Source: Opitutus sp. GAS368
GTDB taxonomy: Bacteria > Verrucomicrobiota > Verrucomicrobiia > Opitutales > Opitutaceae
DNA length: 64,000 bases
Reading direction: 5' to 3'
Assembly: GCA_943373185.1 (NCBI GenBank)
Contig: CALSBN010000001.1
Location: 1,027-65,026, forward strand
Below are positions 38,762 through 48,182 of this stretch, piece after piece. The notes beneath the pieces are model-generated. The model was not told the origin of the DNA and made no database searches. It saw nothing but the letters and a program-made list of their open reading frames with translations. Every line of letters begins with the position of its first letter. The first letter of the stretch is position 1. The position numbers and the translations under genes are program-made.

Positions 38762-40576
38762 ATGTGCGGTATCTTCGGTCTCTTCGGTAAGAACGCGTCG
38801 TCGATCCCGGCTCCGCTCGACTTGCTGTCGCATCGTGGTCCCGACGGGCGAGGGGAGTGGCGTTCCGCCGACGGTTCGACGCTGCTGGCGCATACCCGAT
38901 TGGCCATCATCGATCTTTCTGCGGCGGGAGCCCAGCCGATGGAGGATGCCGAGACCGGGAACGTGATCGTGTTTAACGGTGAAATTTACAACCATCAGCA
39001 CTTGAGGGAAGAGTTGGCCGGGGCAGGTATTGCTTGGCGGGGAAACTCCGACACCGAGACCATACTGAAGGCTTACGCTGTGCTGGGGCGGGAGGTGGTA
39101 TCACGGCTCAAGGGGATGTTTGCGTTCATTTTGTATGACGCGAAGACGCGCGGGATTGTGGCGGTGCGGGACCGGCTGGGGATCAAGCCGCTCTACCTCG
39201 TCCGCTACGCCGGCGGCCTCGCCCTCTCCTCGGAGGTGCGTCCGTTGCAGCGCTTTTTCCCCCAGCAACCCACACCGGCCACGCTGTCGGCTTATTTGAG
39301 TCTCGGCGCGTGCCCGGAAGAGGAGATTCTTTTTCCGGCCGTTGAAAGCGTGCCGGCCGGACATTGGCTGATCGCACAAAGCGACGGAACGACCAAGCTG
39401 GAGCGCTACTGGCGACCGGGTTACAGGCCCCAAGTCGCGGGAGTGAGCGCGCATCGACGGGTGCGGGAGCTGCTCGACCGGTCGGTGCAGGAACACCTCT
39501 TGGCGGATGTCCCGGTGGCGTCGTTCCTCAGCGGCGGAATCGACTCGTCGATCGTGACCGCGCTGGCGGCGCAACACATGACGGGCCCCGTCGCGACCTA
39601 CTCCGTGGGATTTGCGCAGGCGCGTTTCGACGAGACTTCCACCGCGCTTGAGGTTGCCCGGCGTTATCGCACCCAGCACACCCGCATCGAGCTCTCCGAG
39701 CCCGAGGTGATCGAACTGGTGCGCAAAGCGGTCGCGTTGATGGACCTGCCTTCGGTCGATGCGATCAACACATTTGTCGTCAGCCGCGCGGTGGCGGATG
39801 CGGGGATAAAGGTCGCGCTCAGCGGACTTGGGGGGGATGAGTTGTTCGGCGGTTATCCAAGCTTCAAAGACGCGCCGCGGTTGAGGCGGATCGCACGGGT
39901 GCCGGCGTCGGTGCGCCGATGGCTCGTGACGTTGGGCGGGGCGACGGCGCGCCGCTTGGCCGACTTGCCGGATACGCTTGATATTGCCACGCTCGCGGCG
40001 TGGCGGCGGGTTTTTTGGACCGCGGATCGGTTGCGAGCGGCGGGATTGCCGTTGAGGGAGTATGCGGTGGACCAGTTGGCCCCGGAATTCGACGATTTTG
40101 CGCGGATCAGCTGGGCGGAGTTGAGCCGCTACATGCGGCACCTGCTGTTGCGCGATTCGGACCAGATGAGCATGGCGGCGAGTCTCGAACTGCGGGTTCC
40201 GTTCCTCGACCATGACTTGGTCGAGTATGTGTTGTCGCTCCCGGCGGACGAAAAAACGCGCTATGGCGGAGTGAAAGGACTGCTGGTGGAGAGTTGTCGG
40301 GATTTATTGCCGGAAGCGGTCTACGAGCGGCCCAAGATGGGCTTTGCCCTGCCGATGGATGATTGGATACGCGGGCCGCTCGCCGAGTTTTCGGCGGAGG
40401 GCTTGCGGCTCGCAGAAGCCGCGGGGCTGCTTCCGCGAGCCGCACTGGATGATTTGCAGCGAGACTTCCGTGTGCGGGCTTTGCATTGGACGCGGCTTTG
40501 GTCGGTGGTGGTGCTCGGCCACTACGTGAGCCGGCGCAACCAACCGAAAAAGGACGTTCCTGTTTTTGCGCGTTGA
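38762..40576 (+). CDS. asnB: asparagine synthase (glutamine-hydrolysing) family amidotransferase, EPS/exosortase-locus type
   Basis: MCGIFGLFG Ntn nucleophile. FLSGGIDSS PP-loop. SGLGGDELFGGY. Confidence 0.9.
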   Translation: MCGIFGLFGKNASSIPAPLDLLSHRGPDGRGEWRSADGSTLLAHTRLAIIDLSAAGAQPMEDAETGNVIVFNGEIYNHQHLREELAGAGIAWRGNSDTETILKAYAVLGREVVSRLKGMFAFILYDAKTRGIVAVRDRLGIKPLYLVRYAGGLALSSEVRPLQRFFPQQPTPATLSAYLSLGACPEEEILFPAVESVPAGHWLIAQSDGTTKLERYWRPGYRPQVAGVSAHRRVRELLDRSVQEHLLADVPVASFLSGGIDSSIVTALAAQHMTGPVATYSVGFAQARFDETSTALEVARRYRTQHTRIELSEPEVIELVRKAVALMDLPSVDAINTFVVSRAVADAGIKVALSGLGGDELFGGYPSFKDAPRLRRIARVPASVRRWLVTLGGATARRLADLPDTLDIATLAAWRRVFWTADRLRAAGLPLREYAVDQLAPEFDDFARISWAELSRYMRHLLLRDSDQMSMAASLELRVPFLDHDLVEYVLSLPADEKTRYGGVKGLLVESCRDLLPEAVYERPKMGFALPMDDWIRGPLAEFSAEGLRLAEAAGLLPRAALDDLQRDFRVRALHWTRLWSVVVLGHYVSRRNQPKKDVPVFAR

Positions 40577-40578
40577 GG

Positions 40579-41292
40579 ATGACGACAGCGCCAAAAAAAC
40601 CAGGGCTGCGAGCGGAGAATAGGGCTGCTCGGGCACTGGGCTTGGGTCTCGCCGCGAGCTTGTTGCTGGCGGTTTGGTGGCAGTTCCGCCCAACGATTGC
40701 AGCGGAGGCGCACCCACGGACATCGTCGCTCGCCGAGCTCCTTCCCGGGGCAGTGCCCGGTTGGGAGACCGCGGATGAAGCGGTGGCAGACACCGAGGAA
40801 ATGAAGCGAGCCGTGGTCGAGATGCTAAATTACGATGAGGCGATCCTGCGGACCTACCGGCAGAAAGACCTAACGGTATCGGTTTACATCGCTTATTGGC
40901 GCCCGGCCAAGTTCCACCCCCGCTTGGTGGCCCAGCATACGCCGGATGTTTGCTGGACGGGAGCCGGCTGGCGGATGAGCGATGCTGCCCAGTTGATCGT
41001 GCCGCTGGGTCTCAGCGGGAAAACGGTTCCGGGTGAGTCCCGTGTGTTCGAACAAGGCGGCCAGCGGTTAAAGGTGGTTTATTGGCACTTGGTAGGTGGG
41101 CGCGTCTATCACGCCGAGAATGCCCAGGGCGTGACGTTTCTTCGATATCTGTTCGACGATTTGCGGCGGGGTCAAAGGGAGCAGTATTTTATCCGCGTCT
41201 CACATAATCTGACGGCCGAACAAGCTTCCTCCGAGCCATTGTTCTCGAAAATTTGGCAGGCATTGAGTCCTTTAGGCCTGAAAGATGCATAG
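40579..41292 (+). CDS. epsI: EpsI-family (exosortase-associated) protein
   Basis: ORF 40486..41292; ATG 40579. N-terminal TM (LGLGLAASLLLAVWW), then LPGAVPGWETAD...YDEAILRTY...VSVYIAYW...HTPDVCWTGAGW, matching the EpsI pattern (HsPe.C.pG.GW). Confidence 0.65.
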   Translation: MTTAPKKPGLRAENRAARALGLGLAASLLLAVWWQFRPTIAAEAHPRTSSLAELLPGAVPGWETADEAVADTEEMKRAVVEMLNYDEAILRTYRQKDLTVSVYIAYWRPAKFHPRLVAQHTPDVCWTGAGWRMSDAAQLIVPLGLSGKTVPGESRVFEQGGQRLKVVYWHLVGGRVYHAENAQGVTFLRYLFDDLRRGQREQYFIRVSHNLTAEQASSEPLFSKIWQALSPLGLKDA

Positions 41293-41487
41293 AATCTCAA
41301 GTATCTCGGGTCTGCCCGATGAAAAGTTGGAGGGCTGGCCCGGGGGTGCGGGTGGAGGCCGCTCATTTTTTTTCCGCCTGCGTCTCCGGGTAGTTGACCA
41401 GTTGGGATCGTGTTTGGCGGGCGCTGGAGGTCGGCAAGTTACTTGTCCGTCGGTGCTGACATCGGCCGATCTACACGGAGGGATTTG

Positions 41488-42660
41488 ATGTCGAAGGTGC
41501 TCCATGTGATCGCCGGAGTGAGTGTGGCCAGCGGAGGTCCGACGTCGGCTTTACGGGCGATTTTGCAAATGTTGCAGGGCACCGAGGTTCGGAGTTCGGT
41601 GGTCGTGGGCGTCACCGATCCGGCCGACGGCAAAGTGCTCGCCGAAATCGGCGGCGCGGCGGCGGAATTGACGGCATTTCCTCGGGAGTTTTTCAGCCGG
41701 TTCTCCTGCTCGCTTGCCTATACGCGTCGCTTGCGCCGAATCGTCCGAAATCATGATCTCGTGCATATCCACAGCATGTGGAATTGGCCGACTTTTTGGG
41801 CCGCCCGAGTGGCGAAACAAGAGGGCGTGCCGGTGGTTTTCCGCCCGGCGGGAGCGCTGGACCAATTCGATGTGCGCAAACATCGGCGAATGAAAACACT
41901 GCTCGGGCCTGTTTTCCTGCGGCGGCTGTTCGAAGCACCGAATGTCTTTCATTGCACGGCGCGGCGCGAGGCCGAGCAACTGGTGACGTATGGCGGGCAG
42001 GCCAGACGTGAACTACTGCCGCTGCCTGTGCTCGGGCTCAGGCCGGAGGCAGACGCCGGTGCCGAACTGCGTCGGAGGTTGGGAATCCCGGCGGAGGCGC
42101 CGGTGGTAGGGTTCCTCTCGAGGTTGAACTACAAGAAAGGACTCGAGTTGTTGTTGCCCGCATTGGCCCGAGCGCGGGTTCGATTTTCAGGGCTGCATTT
42201 TTTGTTGGCCGGTGCCGGGGAGGCGGAGATTGAAACCATGGTCAGCGATTTGATCGCGACCCATGGACTCGCGGATTGCACGCACCGGCTTGGTTTTGTC
42301 GAGGGCGCCGAAAAGGCGGCGGTTTTGGCGGCCTCGGATGTGTTCGCACTGCCTTCGCAGAACGAGAATTTCGGGATGAGCGTGATTGAGGCGTTGTCAG
42401 CCGGCCGGCCGGTCCTGGTCTCGCCCGAAGTGTATATCACCGGCGAAATCGGGCCCAGTCCCGCGCTGGTCGTGTCCGCGCGGTCGGTCGAAGCAATCAC
42501 GCGCGATCTTGAGGTTCTTTTGGCGAGGGTCCGATCCGGCCGCGGCGAACTGGAGGTCGAGGCCCGGGCGCTCTGGGCCACCAACTTTGCGCCGGAGATT
42601 TTGCGCCCTCGCTACCTCGACTTTTATCGGCGTGTGATCCGCCAAGCCCAAATCCAATGA
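41488..42660 (+). CDS. glycosyltransferase family 4
   Basis: ORF 41410..42660; ATG 41488 (MSKVLHVIAGVSVASGGPTS). LSRLNYKKGLELLL and PSQNENFGMSVIEALSAGRPVLVS. Confidence 0.85.
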   Translation: MSKVLHVIAGVSVASGGPTSALRAILQMLQGTEVRSSVVVGVTDPADGKVLAEIGGAAAELTAFPREFFSRFSCSLAYTRRLRRIVRNHDLVHIHSMWNWPTFWAARVAKQEGVPVVFRPAGALDQFDVRKHRRMKTLLGPVFLRRLFEAPNVFHCTARREAEQLVTYGGQARRELLPLPVLGLRPEADAGAELRRRLGIPAEAPVVGFLSRLNYKKGLELLLPALARARVRFSGLHFLLAGAGEAEIETMVSDLIATHGLADCTHRLGFVEGAEKAAVLAASDVFALPSQNENFGMSVIEALSAGRPVLVSPEVYITGEIGPSPALVVSARSVEAITRDLEVLLARVRSGRGELEVEARALWATNFAPEILRPRYLDFYRRVIRQAQIQ

Positions 42661-43418
42661 ACGAAGCCACCAAGCGGATGCTCCGCGCCTTTCTGCCCAG
42701 CACGCACAAAACGCACCGGATACTAGCCGGACAATTGGCCGGGGCCAAGATCGTCACCTCGTGGCGTGACTATCCCGCCGCAATCATGGGCTATGGAGAG
42801 AAAGAACTGATCTCTTGGCTGTTGCGCAACGTCAGGCCGGGCGAAACCTGGCTCGATGTAGGGGCGCATTATGGCTACACCAGCTTGGCGATGTGTCGGG
42901 CGACCGGGGAAAAGGGAAGGGTTTTTGCCTTTGAGCCAAGTTTGTCCAGTGCCGGCTGCATCGCGCGAACTCGGCTGGCGAACCGGTATTGGTGGTGGAC
43001 GGTTTGCCCGTTTGGGCTTGATGACTCGCCGGCGCTGGCAGTGCACGAATTGCCTTGGGTGCGCGGGATGATTGATTCCCAAGTTCCGCTGGAATCGGCG
43101 GACGGAACCGAGCGCTTCATGAGTGTCGCGTTTGATGCCGTTTGGGGGGGGCTTAGCCGTGAGGAAACCCGGGTCCACGGAATCAAGATGGACGTGCAGG
43201 GCATGGAGATTTCCGCCCTCATGGGTATGCAGCAAATGCTTGCCAGTCACCGGCCGACTCTCGTCTTGGAGATTCATCCTGGCGTGGACCGCAGTCAGGT
43301 GGTGGCAATATTGGCCAAAGTGGGCTATTCATCCAACCCGGAGCCGATCGAGAAAGAATCGACCGACTTTTTTGATCCCAACTCGAACTACAGTTTCGTT
43401 TTCAGGCCTTCTCTGTGA
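42657..43418 (+). CDS. FkbM-family methyltransferase (3 of 3)
   Basis: ATGA overlap. WLDVGAHYGYTSLAM and IKMDVQGMEISAL. Contains a G8 run at 43144-43151. Confidence 0.75.
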   Translation: MNEATKRMLRAFLPSTHKTHRILAGQLAGAKIVTSWRDYPAAIMGYGEKELISWLLRNVRPGETWLDVGAHYGYTSLAMCRATGEKGRVFAFEPSLSSAGCIARTRLANRYWWWTVCPFGLDDSPALAVHELPWVRGMIDSQVPLESADGTERFMSVAFDAVWGGLSREETRVHGIKMDVQGMEISALMGMQQMLASHRPTLVLEIHPGVDRSQVVAILAKVGYSSNPEPIEKESTDFFDPNSNYSFVFRPSL

Positions 43419-44257
43419 TCTCTGCGCTCATACTCACCAGTAACGAGGCCCAGGATCTTCCGGGTTGTCTCGATTCCCTAGCGTGGTGCGACGATGTGCA
43501 CGTGTTTGATTCCGGCAGCACGGACCAGACCGTTGAAATAGCGAAAGCGCGGGGCGCGCGGGTTTCGGTGAGGGCTTTCGACGGCTACGCCTCGCAGCGA
43601 AACTCCGCGCTCCATGGTCTGCCTTTTAGGCACGAATGGGTGCTTTCATTGGACGCAGACGAACGACTGCCTCCCGCCGCCTGCCAAGAGATTCAGTCGT
43701 TCGTCCGTGCTGCGCCTCCGGGTGCGGTGGCAGCGAGGTTACGGCGGAGGGACTTCCTTTATGGACGCTGGCTCAAACATGCGCAAATTTCGCCGTTTTA
43801 CGTGAGGCTGGTGCGTCCGAAGCGCGTTCACTACGAGCGGGAGGTAAACGAAGTTCTGGTCGCAGACGGTCAAATCATCGATCTGGTCGAGCCATTCGAC
43901 CACTTTCCATTTTCGAAAGGGCTGTCGCATTGGGTGGCCAAGCACAATGTGTATTCCACCATGGAAGCGAAGCGTTCATGGGAAGAACGCGCCGGGGGAA
44001 TTGCGTTCAGTTGGCGTGAGGCGGTGCTCAATCGGGATTTCAACGTGAGACGCTTTCATCAGAAGGGCCTTTATTACCGCATGCCCGGTCGCCCTTTGTT
44101 GAAATGGTGCTATATGATGATTGCGCGGAGGGCTTTCCTGGATGGCAGGGCAGGCGTTACGTATGCTGCGTTGCAGACCATTTATGAGTTTCTTATTGTG
44201 CAGAAGGAATTCGAACTCAGCGAACAGGCTCGCTCAATTTCGAGACGTGATTTGTGA
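43415..44257 (+). CDS. glycosyltransferase family 2
   Basis: GTGA overlap. ISALILTSNEAQDLPGCLDSLAWCDDVHVFDSGSTDQTVEIA and LDADE. Confidence 0.8.
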   Translation: MISALILTSNEAQDLPGCLDSLAWCDDVHVFDSGSTDQTVEIAKARGARVSVRAFDGYASQRNSALHGLPFRHEWVLSLDADERLPPAACQEIQSFVRAAPPGAVAARLRRRDFLYGRWLKHAQISPFYVRLVRPKRVHYEREVNEVLVADGQIIDLVEPFDHFPFSKGLSHWVAKHNVYSTMEAKRSWEERAGGIAFSWREAVLNRDFNVRRFHQKGLYYRMPGRPLLKWCYMMIARRAFLDGRAGVTYAALQTIYEFLIVQKEFELSEQARSISRRDL

Positions 44258-44261
44258 CGCG

Positions 44262-46367
44262 ATGAGGTCGACGATCGGTAGGAGCCTCCTGATTCTCCTT
44301 GGGCTGTTGCCCTCTTTCGTGGTGATGCACGCGCGCGAAGCGGGTTGGGGGGTCGACGCATGCCTATCGACGCACGTGGGTCGGGCCGAAGGCAGCCAAT
44401 TTCTTTCCTTACTGGAGCAGAGCGGCGTGGGTTGGGTGCGGGAACGAGAGGTGGGTTCGGTATCGGGAACCAGCGCGATTCCGGGGCCTTGGCTGGTTGA
44501 TCACCGACCCTTTTATCGGGAGATCAAGCGTCGTGGTTTCCGAATCGCAGCCTTCGCGACCCTGCCTTTTCAAGGTGTGCGACCTCAACCCGGAAATCAT
44601 TTATTGGAAGATCTCCATGAGGTTTACGCTCAAGGGCGGTTTTTGGGCCGAGAGCTTCATGGATTGGTTGATGCGTGGGAAATGGTGTGCGAACCTGATG
44701 TGGGCTATTGCACCGATTTGCCGGACCGCCTTGCTGCTTATCAGAAGGCGCTCTACCTCGGAATAAAGCAGGGCTCGAGAGAAGCCGTTTCGACTCAAAT
44801 TGCCGGGGGAGATTGGGGTTCCGTTGAACTTCAGGAATCCCAAGTAGGCGTAAAAGCTGCACAAGCCTCGGGACCACGGAACGCCGCGAAAATTCCTGCA
44901 TCGGAACGCCTAAGTCCGTTTGTAGCCATGGGCGCGTTGGCTTTACCTCCCGGGCCTTGGTTGGAGCGGGCGATTCGCAACGATTTGTTGAGCTACACCG
45001 ATGCCTATAATTTTCATTTTTACGGGCACGTCGCCGACCTGACCGGAGTGATTGCAGCGCATGAGCGAGTCACGCGGGAGTTTGAATCAACGAGGAACAA
45101 CGAAGGCCAAGAATCTGCCTCGCGTGAGTTTCCTTCCAATCCGCCCGGGTCTCCGGTGGACGCTCGCGGCGGTGGGTTACCTCTCTGGATTACCGAATGC
45201 GGCGTGAACGCCACCCGCCCATCGGACTTCCTAAATCCGGAGCGTCGAACGTTGCAGGCCGAGTTCGCCGTGAGCACGGCACGCCAGGCGCTCGCATCGC
45301 ATTCAGTCTCCCTGTTTATGCCGTTTATCTTGGTGAACAAAGGCGATCCCCACGCGATGGCTCTATCGGCAACCGAACCACTTCCAGCCTGGAATGCTTT
45401 TGCAGACTACACGCGGGTTCATCCCTGGCCGAAGCGGCCTTTGGTGCGGCCACCGGAGTCGCCCAATCCTGTGGTGGTGCAATGGTTGCCCGACAACTCT
45501 ACGACGGTCCCGCACAAAGTCTCGGGCACCTACCGATTCTTGGGTGACCAACCGATCCGAGGTGTGCTCCGGATCTATAATTTCTCCGCAGAATCCAAGA
45601 CGGGATATTTGAATCCTAAGCCGGCGGTCGAGGTGCGGGAGCAGGGGCTGACTTCTCAGCCGATCGTCATTCCGGCGCAAGGGGAGGTAAGCATCCCGGT
45701 AGAATTCCATCGAACTCAAACGAACGGCTACTTTCGTGCCGATTGGGCTGCGGACTTTGTTGAAGTCAGTGGTCGTAGATCCAAGGTCGCCTTTGGCTTG
45801 GAGACGATACCTGAAGCCCGCGACTTTACCGTCGCTCCTTTGCCGTTCGCGCCCGATTCAACAGGCTCCATCAAGCACCCTATTCAGCCCCGTTATGAAT
45901 CGGGTGAGCGTGCTATAGGATGGATGACTATAAACGGGTTGCGTTTGGAAACGATGACCGGCGAAAGTAACGCATCGGGTTTGCGGGTGTGGACTACGGG
46001 AGAGACAAATGACCCACTTCGTCCAACCATGGCGGTCGCAGCGCTCAAGGGCCTGCCCGGCGAAGGATTTCTTCGCGTGACCCTTGATCGCCCGATGTCG
46101 AAAAACGCGAAGCTCCGGGTCGATCTTGTGGACAGCGCGGGGCAACGCTTTACGGTGTGGGAAAACTTTGGCGTGAGCTACTTTCGTCCGTCAAATGAGG
46201 TTTGGCTCAACCTTAAGGATTTCGGGATCTATTTTTGGGGGCGTTGCGCTGAAAATCCGGTGTTTCGCCCCGAGCTCGTGGAAGAAATCCAGTTGCGGGT
46301 ATACCTCGCCGAACCCGAGGTTCCAATGACTCTGGCGCTCTCGGTCATGAGCCCAAAACGAAACTGA
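44262..46367 (+). CDS. secreted protein with clan-A (TIM-barrel) glycoside-hydrolase-like N-terminal half and beta-rich C-terminal half
   Basis: ORF 44121..46367; ATG 44262 (MRSTIGRSLLILLGLLPSFVVMHA signal). Candidate acid/base WEMVCEPD and nucleophile LPLWITECGVN. The C-terminal ~330 aa are unassigned. Confidence 0.45.
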   Translation: MRSTIGRSLLILLGLLPSFVVMHAREAGWGVDACLSTHVGRAEGSQFLSLLEQSGVGWVREREVGSVSGTSAIPGPWLVDHRPFYREIKRRGFRIAAFATLPFQGVRPQPGNHLLEDLHEVYAQGRFLGRELHGLVDAWEMVCEPDVGYCTDLPDRLAAYQKALYLGIKQGSREAVSTQIAGGDWGSVELQESQVGVKAAQASGPRNAAKIPASERLSPFVAMGALALPPGPWLERAIRNDLLSYTDAYNFHFYGHVADLTGVIAAHERVTREFESTRNNEGQESASREFPSNPPGSPVDARGGGLPLWITECGVNATRPSDFLNPERRTLQAEFAVSTARQALASHSVSLFMPFILVNKGDPHAMALSATEPLPAWNAFADYTRVHPWPKRPLVRPPESPNPVVVQWLPDNSTTVPHKVSGTYRFLGDQPIRGVLRIYNFSAESKTGYLNPKPAVEVREQGLTSQPIVIPAQGEVSIPVEFHRTQTNGYFRADWAADFVEVSGRRSKVAFGLETIPEARDFTVAPLPFAPDSTGSIKHPIQPRYESGERAIGWMTINGLRLETMTGESNASGLRVWTTGETNDPLRPTMAVAALKGLPGEGFLRVTLDRPMSKNAKLRVDLVDSAGQRFTVWENFGVSYFRPSNEVWLNLKDFGIYFWGRCAENPVFRPELVEEIQLRVYLAEPEVPMTLALSVMSPKRN

Positions 46368-46469
46368 GCGGGGGCGCGTAGAGCAAAGGCGACCACAGGG
46401 ATTGCCCTGTTCTCATAGAGAATCGTTCGGTTGCGTTTTCCGCCGGAATCGACTGCTCGAACGGGGTCT

Positions 46470-48113
46470 TTATATCGGCGCTCTTGCCTCTTCCAGCTCG
46501 GTCCAGCGAATCAATATGGGCCAAAGCGTGCACCATGTGATGAGGATGGCCGGATTGTAGAAATTGAAATCTACCCAGCAATGAGCGAGCGTCTGGAGGA
46601 GGCCAAGGGTGATGAGAAGCGACGCCGGGTTTTTCCAAAACCGAACCCTAATCATGGCGACGCCCGCCGCAAACAGGGCAACAATCAGGAGGCCCGTGCC
46701 GATTAAACCGAGTTCAGCCCAAAGTTCGAGGTAGTCGTTGTGGGCGTGTTCCCAAAACAACATGCGATTATCCACGATAAAGATTGAAGGATACTTTTGT
46801 TGATACTTGGGGAAGTGGAACCGAAAAGATCCGGCACCCGAGCCCAAAAACGGGCGATCTTTGATCATGTCCGTCGTCGCAGAAGCGGCGAGCGCACGAC
46901 TTCGGCCGGTTTGTTCCAGGCCGTCGGTAAACACAACTTGAATGCGCGAAGAGACGTTGACGTTGTTGAGGGCGTAGCCGACCAAGCCGACGGAGGCTCC
47001 GATCCCGAAAACCAAGATGCCGGTTGTGAATGAGTTTCGATGTTCGACTTTCGAAAAAATGATTTCCCGGAGGAAGAAAACGAGGAAGGAAACAATCAGG
47101 AAGACCAGCATCAAAAAGGTGGCGGTGCGCGAATAGGAGAACATCACAATCAACGTGACGACGGCGGCGAAGAACATGAACAGGCCGCCCGGCGTCGATT
47201 TATCCAGCCGACGTTGGCCGCGCGAGTAGTGCCAATAGGCGAGGCCGGCGCAAAGCGACAGCATGAGATTGAAGTAAGCGCCGGCGTGGTTTTTGTAGAT
47301 AAAGCTCGCGACGAAATAGTGGGCCGGCGGCTGCCAAAAGCCAAAGATCTTCTCAAGCCCAAGACCGCGTTGCGCGAAGCCCAGCAGAGCGAGAACCACG
47401 GCGTTGACCGCGAGCACCGTCAAGAGAGTCAGGAGCGATTTGCGCCGGGTAATTCCTACCCAGACGGCACAAACCATTAGCCAGACTGAGCCGTAAATCA
47501 CCAGTGATCGCCAAGCGTTGGCCTTCGCGAACGGAGTGTCCATGCCGGTAGGCAGCCAGGTAATGTGAGAGATCGGACTCATGAACCATCCGCGTTGATC
47601 GGGAGTCAGGGTGTAACGGAACGAGGGATTTAGCGCTTGGCTAAGGATGTAACCAAGAAACAGGAGACCGAGCCAGAAGATCGGAAAGCGAATCAACTTC
47701 GGCCAAGTCAATAGGCGGAATGGAGCAGAATTGCCGCTGCTTTCCCCGTCGTAAGTTCGGGGCAAAAGAGCGACCGAAAAACATAGAATGCTAAAACCGA
47801 GGCTTACGAACTGGCTCCAGACGTGCATGGTGCCGAGTGCCCACGGCAAAAACACCAGATGAAGTGAGGTTACCGTTACCAGCAGTTGCTCAACCGGGTG
47901 AATACGGATCCGGCGGGTCGGTGCCCGAAAAGCGTCGAGTGAACGGTGCGGGGAAATCGGGGAATCGGAAGGCGGGTTCGGCACCTGAGTAAGCAAATTT
48001 GAATTCGATGGGACGGAAAGAGGAAACTCTCTCGGAATCGTCGGTTGGCTCCGAAACGCCCGGAATCCGGAGGACCGTAGTCGAGGGCGGGTTTCTGCCG
48101 CGTTCGGTCCCAA
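46470..48113 (-). CDS. O-antigen ligase/polymerase (Wzy_C) family membrane protein
   Basis: 547 aa with 10 or more TM helices. YSRTATFLMLVFLIV and WEHAHNDYLELWAELGLIG. The ORF starts with TTG and the start is uncertain. It is the only minus-strand gene inside the locus. Confidence 0.75.
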   Translation of the reverse strand: MGPNAAETRPRLRSSGFRAFRSQPTIPREFPLSVPSNSNLLTQVPNPPSDSPISPHRSLDAFRAPTRRIRIHPVEQLLVTVTSLHLVFLPWALGTMHVWSQFVSLGFSILCFSVALLPRTYDGESSGNSAPFRLLTWPKLIRFPIFWLGLLFLGYILSQALNPSFRYTLTPDQRGWFMSPISHITWLPTGMDTPFAKANAWRSLVIYGSVWLMVCAVWVGITRRKSLLTLLTVLAVNAVVLALLGFAQRGLGLEKIFGFWQPPAHYFVASFIYKNHAGAYFNLMLSLCAGLAYWHYSRGQRRLDKSTPGGLFMFFAAVVTLIVMFSYSRTATFLMLVFLIVSFLVFFLREIIFSKVEHRNSFTTGILVFGIGASVGLVGYALNNVNVSSRIQVVFTDGLEQTGRSRALAASATTDMIKDRPFLGSGAGSFRFHFPKYQQKYPSIFIVDNRMLFWEHAHNDYLELWAELGLIGTGLLIVALFAAGVAMIRVRFWKNPASLLITLGLLQTLAHCWVDFNFYNPAILITWCTLWPILIRWTELEEARAPI

Positions 48114-48182
48114 CGGCCTGAAAGTTGGTCGCTATACGTCTTGCCGTCGGCGGAATCGCGAACGTAGTTCTCGGGGCGAGCC

